Source: Eledone cirrhosa (taxonomy: Eukaryota). Taken from it: DNA of 64,000 bases. Shown here one piece after another: positions 55,239 to 64,000 of the stretch (the stretch's first letter is position 1; each line of letters opens with the position of its first letter). Location of the stretch: assembly GCA_964016885.1 (NCBI GenBank), contig OZ024743.1, positions 293,012,001 through 293,076,000 on the forward strand. The letters run 5' to 3'. A program made the translations under genes and the position numbers. The notes under the pieces were generated by a model. That model was not told the origin of the DNA, did no database searches, and saw only the letters and a list, made by a program, of their open reading frames with translations.

Positions 55239-56564
55239 GATATATAGATATATATGTGTATATATATATTTGTATATATATATATGTGTATATATGTGAA
55301 AATGTATATAAATAAGTAAATAAGTAGGTGAGTGTATATCCTAAACGGACGGTAGTCTGTTAGTAATATTGTTGTGGTCGTGTTTTCGTTGGCAATTGTC
55401 TGTTTACGACAGTACAGCGCGGCTCTACTTTATTTAACTGAGATAAAACTTATATGAGCATGAACAGTAGATTATTACGCATCTTTTGGCTTAAAAATTT
55501 AGAAATTTGGTCCAGCGGGAAAAAGTTTATAATCAAAGTTTGCTGATAAATCTTGTGTTCAAGTGAGTGAGTAGTAAGCGTGACGCTAGGGGAGGTAATC
55601 CAGAAATGACGAATTTTTTTCGGCGGAACTCTTGTGATTGTGATTACGTTAGCCAAATGTAGTCAAATCGCCGAATCCCCTCCTCCTAATTGACTACGTC
55701 ATTTCTGAACGCCCCTACTTGCGTCAGTGTTAAACATTACTTCACTTTTCACTGCTAAAATGCTTTTTAAATACTTCGTTAAAAATTTATGTTTATTATC
55801 AAAGCTATTTTTTGTACCAATCTATCAATAGTTTGCGAAAATATAGGTAAACATGTGAGTTAAATTTTTTTAATCGCATCGATCGCTTTGTCTCACCGAC
55901 TCTGACACTGTCAGACTGTCTGTCTGACTGACACCTTTGTCGAACCGACACCTTTGTTCAAGCGGACAACTTTGTGTCCCTGACTCCTTCGTTCGTGCCG
56001 GCATCTCTGCGAAACACCGATGACAACAACCAGACCAAAATTTCACTTCATTCTTCATTCTTCTTCAAGACCGATCGCCGACCGATTGTATCGGTTGCTC
56101 TTCATATACCAGGTATTCAACAGATAGTTTGCACTTGTAGTATTATTAACAGTCGTGCGATTTTTTTTACCGATAGGTGCGAATAGTGCGCTATATTTTT
56201 GTACCGATAGGTGCGAATAGTGCGATAGGTGCGAATACTGTACAATATTTTCTGAGATTTGCATCCACTAATTTCGCTTAATTAAAAATGATGTTTCGCG
56301 GCTTTTTGATCGGCTTATTCATTTTTTCCATGGCACGGAAATGGAGTATTTCCATTTCGAATCAAAAATTTTCACTAAAATCGGGCAATTGGACTGATCA
56401 AATTCACATTCATGCCAGTTTTTACAAATCCATAATTAGAAATGTGGCGAAATCGAATGACCAGAAGGTATAAAAATATTAATTCAAATGTATTTACTTA
56501 TCATACCAACAAAAATACTTAGATATATTGTATACCTGGGGCCCGTCAGGGCCAGGTAATGTTA

Positions 56565-56980
56565 ATCGCCAACATTGTTATCTGTTGTCCTTTTGTGAAA
56601 GTATTGGTGGTTCACGTCGGCTCTAATGATCTGAATCCTCGTCGCACCGTTGGCACTACAAAGCTGTGCAAAGTAATACAATAATTGTTGCCGAAGTATT
56701 TTTTATTAATCATTTATTTGTAAATTAAGGACAAAGTGCCCATTCGAGGCACAAAACCGGAAAAACAGGGAAGAGTATCTTTGGAAGGCTACAGAATATA
56801 GCGGAAAAGCACCACTGTACACCCATTTTCTACCGTGGTGTCATTCCACGTCCACAAAGTGTAATTGAAAATAAAAATGACTTGGGCAAGAGAAATTCTC
56901 GTTTGAAAAAGTTTAATTACTGCATGAAAGAAATGATTCAAAAATTGAACTTGCCCAATCTTCACAACATTAAATGTTAA
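56565..56980 (+). pseudogene. SGNH/GDSL esterase-like fragment, probably TE-borne
   Basis: VLVVHVGSNDL (block III-like) from 56601, and downstream PIFYRGVIPRP...NSRLKKFN in other frames. Confidence 0.5.
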
Positions 56981-57063
56981 AATGATAAATTATTACTACT
57001 ATATAACTTACATCTATTGTTGTAACACCATTGAAATGCACAAGTTTCACCAATTCACTATTA

Positions 57064-58511
57064 TGCACTAATCATCTCAAATGCATTCATGATTTACTAG
57101 CTTTGTCATTAAGCCAGTTGCCTCAACTAGATTGCAATTATACTCAAAAGAACTTTAAAATGTCAATCACTTGTCAGTAATTCACTATGATCATTTAATT
57201 ATTAGATAGTTGTTGCTTGCATTGCCTTAAAAAATAGTAGACCAGATAGAAAAATGCGTACAGCAAAAAAAAGTAATATTGGAATATAAACCTTTAAAAA
57301 TACAGGACAAGAAACTAAAATAAAACTTTAAAAGAATAGGACAAGAGACTAAGATAAAACTTTAAAAGAATAGGACAAGAAACTAAGATAAAACTTTAAA
57401 GAATTGGACAAGAAATAAAAAATTTTACAATAATATTAGTGGCAAATTTTTTTTATTCGTTTCCTTGCTATGCCCCAGTATCTTCTTGATTAGTGTATAA
57501 TAATTGTCATGCTCTCATTGTGCGTTGCCCCTGAGCGGTTGGTTCTGGTTGGGGTTGGTTGGCTGAGCACTTCTGCTCCGTCAGAATGATCATTGCAAGA
57601 AGAATTGGCCGATGCAGCTGCAGGTCTCCTCCAAGAATGCACTTCTGGTCCCGCAACACCAGACGAAGATGGAGAAGACGACCGGGACAAGATGTCGACT
57701 CTGACCACCGACTACGGCACCTCCCTCAACCACCGGTCCTTCCTCCCTCTGTCCCGTCATCCCTCCAGTCCTCCTGCTCCCCTTTCCTGTACCAGAAAGC
57801 TGTGGCACGCATTCATCTGGACTGCCGGACTTGAACTCAAGGACAAGATGCAAGGAGAATTTGGACGGGTTGGTCAAGATCAAGGATGAGCGGGGCGACA
57901 AGACCGTCCACTGCTGCTCAAGATCTGTGCTCATGGGCCCATGGGTCCATTCACATTATGCATGACACATGAGTCGTGTCGTCGAATGATGAAATAGAGG
58001 TATGGTTATGGCCCAATTGGTGTTCAAACCAGGATCAAATGATCCCCACGGTCTGACGACGACCTCTGAATGTGTGTCCCAGAGCCTATGAATGTGGAAC
58101 TCGATTTTTTAACAATAAAAATGTTGCCACTAATATTATTGTAAAATGTTGTATTTCTTGTCCAATTCTTTAAAGTTTTATCTTAATTTCTTGTCCTATT
58201 CTTTTAAAGTTTTATCTTAGTTTCTTGTCCTATTCTTTTAAAGTTTTATTTTAGTTTCTTGTCCTGTATTTTTAAAGGTTTATATTCCAACAATATTACT
58301 TTTTTTTGCTGTACGCATTTTTTCTATCTGGTCTACTATTTTTTTAAGGCAATGCAAGCAACAACTATCTAATAATTAAATGATCATAGTGAATTACTGA
58401 CAAGTGATTGACATTTTAAAGTTCTTTTGGGTATAATTGCAATCTAGTTGAGGCAACTGGCTTAATGACAGAGCTAGTAAATCATGAATGCATTTGAGAT
58501 GATTAGTGCAC
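57064..58511. repeat. ~390-bp near-perfect inverted repeat around a ~660-bp GC-richer spacer
   Basis: 57064-57455 is the reverse complement of about 58115-58511. Each arm holds 3-4 copies of a ~34-bp unit, aaaagaataggacaagaaactaagataaaacttt. Confidence 0.92.
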
Positions 58512-59224
58512 AACAATATTACTTTTTTTTGCTGTACGCATTTTTCTATCTGGTATATATATATGTGTTTGATGTGAATAATTAAATGTATGCGTATTCA
58601 TGTATATGTGTATTTATATATATATATATACACATGGACAAGAGTATGTATGTATATATGTGTGTGTCTATATGTGTGTATATGAAGATAAGTAGAGTAT
58701 GAAAGTGTATATACACGAATGCGTATGTATGTACACATATATATATGTATATATATATATATATGTGTGTGTGCAGGTATATATGTATGTAAGTATGAGC
58801 ATGTAAGTATGTGTATGTGAGTGTATGTATTTGTAGAGGTGTACATATATGTAAGTGTGTGAAAGTGTATGTTTTTTAAAAAAAAAAAGTATATATACGC
58901 ATATATTTATGTGTGGGCGAACGGATACGTACACTTGAAAGACAAATTTAAGTCTGTATGTGAATTAAGTGCAAACACAAAACCAACCATACATATCTTT
59001 ACTATCTCTAATCCTTCTATAGATTTAGAAAAATAACCAATACAGCCAACGCCAAATAATGAATATTCTATAAAAATGTCAAACTCAACTGACAAAATAA
59101 CAGATGGGAATCTAATTACCCACTGCTATCAAAAATTTCTATCCACTCCCTTAACTATTCTTCTAACAACTTCACTCCTCCCTCTTCGTATTCTCTATAA
59201 AAACCAAACAAGTTCTCAATGATA

Positions 59225-59345
59225 TTATTCTGATGAAATGGTAGTTTAAAATAACATTGAAATATTGAGTGTCTGCATAATTAATACTTTCTAGATAGCA
59301 GCTGTTTTCAGGTTATATAACTGTTATTGAAACACGTGTCAATAA
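59225..59345 (+). ncRNA. Type I hammerhead ribozyme with very long stem II
   Basis: TTATT-CTGATGA (59230-59236), then 92 nt closed by aatggtagtt/aactgttatt, then GAAA (59329-59332)-CACGTG-TC-AATAA. GUC cleavage triplet. Confidence 0.8.
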
Positions 59346-59498
59346 ATTCCTTTTACTGAACTGTATCCATTTAAATTATTCTATTTTCTCCGGATTACTT
59401 TTTTTGAAACTACAACTGGAACCATCGAGCAAACCCTACGTGAGCTGTCCATCTACTGTGTATAATATTCACATTACAACACTACGGATAATACTATG

Positions 59499-59578
<80 letters not shown>

Positions 59579-59705
59579 ATTTAGTAAATTACTAGTGGTA
59601 GTACCAAAATGACCACTCGATGCGTGTAATAGGTTGATACACATTAAAAAAAAGAATATATGTAAATGAAACTTCATCGTTTTTATTAATGTATATATAT
59701 ATATA

Positions 59706-62700
59706 GGGAGGACTTTATTAGCAACCCCTCGATTAGACTTATCTGCCCTTCCAAGTCTGACATTGGCATTATCAGTAAACATTTTTTAGATAAAATCATC
59801 CCACAGATTAAACACAAGATATACCTTAAACAATGGGGAAATACGGGTGAAGTTATTGAATGGTTCAAAGATATCAAGGATAACAAGGACAAAAAATTTA
59901 TTCAATTTTATATCAATTCATACTACACATCTATTTCCCCTATCCTATTAAATAAGGCACTAATCATGGCCATGGACAATAGTGACCTGACTAGACCCCA
60001 GATTGTTGTCATTCTTGCGGCCCGTAAAACCGTAATCACCTTTGAAGACCAATTATGGACCCGCAAAGATACGCATAACAACTTCGACATAACCATGGGG
60101 TCTAGTGACTCGGCGCAGGTCACTGATTTGGTCGGCCTATATTTACTTAATGAAATCCATAAGGACCTTCCATACCTCAACGGTGGTTTGTACCGCAATG
60201 ATGCACTTCTACTTATAGAATATAAAAAATTCAATATAGAAAGAACTAGAAAACTATTGCACAAGACATTCAAAAACTATAACCTTAGTATCACCATGGA
60301 CAAAAACACTAAAAACGTTAACTTCCTGGACGCCACCCTTTACCTAGACTCAAAGATATATACACCTTTCCACAAACCTAACGAAAAACTCATTTACGTA
60401 GATACCAAGTCTAACCACCCTAGATCAATATTAAACTCTATCTCTAAGTGAGTATCCAATAGAATCTCTAATCTATCCTATGATGCAAACATATTTAACA
60501 AAAACTCGCAATATTATAATCAGGCATTAGCTTGATCAGGCCATAATATAGAGATCGAGTTCCTACCTACGAAAACACATAGCTACAACATTATCTCGCA
60601 CAATATGTCCATGAGGAAATTTAGTAATAAGAATAGCAACCACACACACACTAAAACGGAGGATGCCATCAAAAGTAACCCACACCACAGAAATTACCAT
60701 AGTACCATAAAAGGAAACAACTCACCAGACATAAATAACAAAAATAGAAGAAGAAATAATACATTTTTCAACCCTCCTTTCAATCTAAACGTCTCTACCA
60801 ACCTAACTAGGCCTTTCTTCTCACTACTAGATAAAAACTTCCCACCTGGACACAAGTACCATAACCTTTTAAACAAAAACACTATTAAAATATCCTACTC
60901 TACTACGCCTAACATAGCATACCACATAGCTAGTAGCAATAAAAGAAAAATTAATTCTTACTTCCAACAAACTAAATCACAACAGACGATAAACCTTCAA
61001 AATAACATTATATCAACTAACCCTAATAACATTAGTAGTAATAGTAATAACACTAGTGTAAGCAACAACGCTGGGAACGACAACCCCATAACCATAATCC
61101 TATAGCTGCCATCCAGACTTCTACACAGCATATTAACCGGCAGACTAACACCCAGAATAATTGTAACTGTAGATCAAATAGAACTTGCCCTTTAGATAAA
61201 AAATGCTTAATCAAGGATATCATATACTTATGCACCGTCACAACTAGCAACTCTTCTGAAACCTGTGTAGGCCCTACTTCTACCTGCTTCAAAACCAGAT
61301 ATAATTCGCACCTCCACTCTTTCAAAAAACACAGTCTAGCCAACTCCACTTCACTATCTAGCTACATACACTATCTAAAAACTAAAAATAAATCTTATAC
61401 ACTTAAATGGGAAGTGATAGGTAGCGCGACATCGTACAAACCACCTAATAAATTTTGTAACCTCTGTCTACTAGAGACACATACTATTATCTTCTCAAAC
61501 CATAACCTACTTAACAAAAAATCAGAAGTGTTCGCGTCTTGCCAGCACCGCTTCCGACACTCCTTCCAAAACCTTAAACCCAATATATAACAATGTCAGA
61601 CTTGAACCAGTCACCACCTCTAGCAACAAACCTCAAGGCCACACCTTACACCACATCCCCACACTCATTGATCCACTATAACACAAATAGTGACATCCTT
61701 CTAGAACCTTTTACCCTAGAGATATCCCCTTGTACATCTACTTTTGGTATAATTGCCTTCAATTGCTTGGACTACATTACGCCACTATATAATTAAGGTG
61801 AACTTTAAACACTGAATTGGTTGTGCTGATGTTGTTCTGTGTATGGAGTGCCATCATTGGATAAATGGAAGATTAATTAATTTATTAACATAAGAGAGCT
61901 ATATAACCTATATGCTGAGTGCAATGAATTATGTACAAGTGGGGTATGAGTTGTACATACATGTATGAATTGATGGTCGGATTAGTGACATTGTAAGTGG
62001 GAATTGATCTCTGGTCTACCCTAGTGATATTTAACTTTGCCATGCAATCAGACATGCACTGACCCAGAGCTTACCAGGAGTTATATATAGAAGTGATTCT
62101 ATTAAACCCTGCCAGGTTCTCCGGGTAGACTACACTTACAATGATCATTGATTTGGGGATCTGGCTCTTCATGTGGAATATTCAATTGTGGCACTCTATG
62201 ATGGAGGGTAATCATCCTAATATGAACACCTTTAATACTTCTTGATAGACTACACTGTAATTTATAGATAGGATACTTAAATTTTAGAAACTGTTTATAA
62301 CCATATATGATAGGAACTCATTTGAAACACCATTTAATGTACATTAGGATAATAAATTTAGTTATAGAAATCAGCTAGTTACCTCCCCTCACGCATTAAC
62401 TCCCCTTAATCACACACATACACTTCCGGAAAATAATACGATGTTAATTCTCGCAACAAAAACAACCTGCTCTATAAAATTGGAATAAAGAACAACAAGC
62501 TGTGATATTCTAACAGAATTCATCAGGCATCCAATATTGAATCATCGTAGATTATGTGAAGGACATATAATCTATATATTACGTTTGCTGGATTGTGAAA
62601 ATGGTGTTGTATACGAAAACCATAACATTGTTTTGCTTCACATTTTTAATATTATTAATATTTTTAATATTTCTCTACACACAAGCTTCTATATCATACA

Positions 62701-63160
62701 TATAAAAAAATACATTACCAATACAACCCCCATAATACTCTTGATTACCCGCTTAAAGTGCTTGTATTACATATAACACCCTGCCGCACTATAATCTTAT
62801 ATAAATAAGACACACGTGCTTGACCCACGTGTAACTATTGCATACACTAACTACTTCTAACTATCCTATTGCATTTTTTTCGTAAACTGCCATTGTTGTA
62901 TTTTAACTTTAATTTTGTTCTCTCTTGATATGACTTTAATCTTTAAATGTATATTGCCATGCTAAAATATTATAATGGATGTCAACCCACCGAGCATCAA
63001 TATATACATAAGTTTCTGTATGCCTCTTGTGTTGAAAAGGAGGTCATATATGTAAACAATCATTGAAAAATTGCTCCGAAGACTCCAAACCTCGGTTTGT
63101 AAGAAACAATTGTAAGCGAATAAATGATTTGAACAGAACTTTGATTCATGTAATTTCTAT
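59706..63160 (+). mobile_element. 5'-truncated Penelope-like (Naiad-like) element: RT, thumb, Asn-rich linker, GIY-YIG, ~1.5-kb 3'UTR
   Basis: RT motifs NPSIRLICPSKSDIG, FDITMGSSDSAQVTDLVGLYLL, GLYRND, VNFLD, SNHP, FNPPFNLNVSTN, KISYS. EN motifs CNCRSNRTCPLDKKC, CNLC, LLNKKSEVFASCQH. The ORF ends at 61590 and has two in-frame TGAs, one frameshift and both catalytic Asp motifs mutated. Confidence 0.92.
63071..63120 (+). ncRNA. Hammerhead motif at the 3' pLTR of the Naiad-like element (core mutated to CCGAAGA)
   Basis: TGCT-CCGAAGA-..caaac-ctcg-gtttg..-GAAA-CAATTG-TA-AGCG. Confidence 0.68.
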
Positions 63161-63164
63161 AATT

Positions 63165-63273
<109 letters not shown>

Positions 63274-64000
63274 AGGTGCAATACTGGTTGTGTAAAATGG
63301 TCCAATAACTTAATGTTAACATATTAAGTTCTCCACGCTTTTGTATATCTCCAATTTCATTCGAGGGAACAGCTAGATGATGTAAAACGGAATATAAGTA
63401 TCAAAATGAAAATCTGAAGGCAAAGGTAAAATTCCAATCACTTAATCACGACACATGTTTCAATAAGAGACATATCGATTGTGAAGCCATGATCGATTAT
63501 CACTGATCTCATCAGGTGAAAATGAATTGTCTTCAAATTTTTGATATGAGGGAGAAAAAATAACGATCTTTCTTCATATAATTCATTCCCTCATATGGAG
63601 ACACACCAGTCAGTCAGAGACAAGGCAACTGCTATTAGCTTTAGTTGAGGTCATAAAAGTTTTCAGACTTCTATCGCTGCAAAAGACGCTGGACATCAAA
63701 CAATTCCGTAGGGATACAGTCAGTCACAGTTAGAAGTGAGTGGGTACACACACACTCCACACCCGCATACATCGGCTCGAGGTCAAAGAAAAATAAAAAT
63801 AAAAATAAAAATAAAAATAAATACTTATATATACACACATTAACACAGTATTAAACCCGCAGAATTAGCGTGGGTGGGTACACACACACTTCCACACACA
63901 CCGAAGCGATATCCGAGAAAAAGCACATATAAGAATGTACCAACACAGCAATCACCGATAAGTTAGTTCGCAAAGCAACAGAAGTTATGTCGGTCAAATC

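Noticed and set aside
55588-55717. Possible small MITE with taggggc/gcccta-like ends
   Set aside because: The left TIR is too imperfect and only one copy is present in the window.
60449-60535. Two in-frame TGA codons in the Naiad-like ORF as possible selenocysteine recoding
   Set aside because: They fall at thumb positions not expected to be Cys (likely GGA>TGA and CGA>TGA). The conserved EN cysteines are TGY codons. The copy is also decayed, with catalytic Asp lost and a frameshift near 61090.
63400-64000. Unique-looking sequence that could be a 5'UTR or first exon
   Set aside because: No supportable ORF, splice pattern or promoter motif, and it is cut by the window edge.

Overview
AT-rich eukaryotic DNA made up largely of microsatellites and transposon relics, with no host protein-coding exon I can support. 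The SINE families and the repeat density suggest an octopus (coleoid cephalopod) genome; this is an inference. The only long intact ORF is ORF2 (APE endonuclease + reverse transcriptase) of a near-full-length L1/Tx1-type LINE at about 10530-16351 (minus), which has (GATA)n on both sides; a second, truncated relative is also embedded in (GATA)n. The window holds many Penelope-like element (PLE) pieces: GIY-YIG and RT remnants, a 4.2-kb inverted-repeat structure and short fold-back copies. About ten type I hammerhead-ribozyme motifs with palindromic stem III can be read from the sequence. There are also remnants of an R4/NeSL-type LINE inside (CATA)n, CRE, RTE and CR1/L2 LINEs, Helitrons, mariner and hAT elements, and three tRNA-SINE families. 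An unexplained block at 56560-58555 has an SGNH-like fragment next to a ~390-bp inverted repeat. The most interesting pattern is that unrelated retroelement clades each sit in their own microsatellite type, together with the diverse set of hammerheads.
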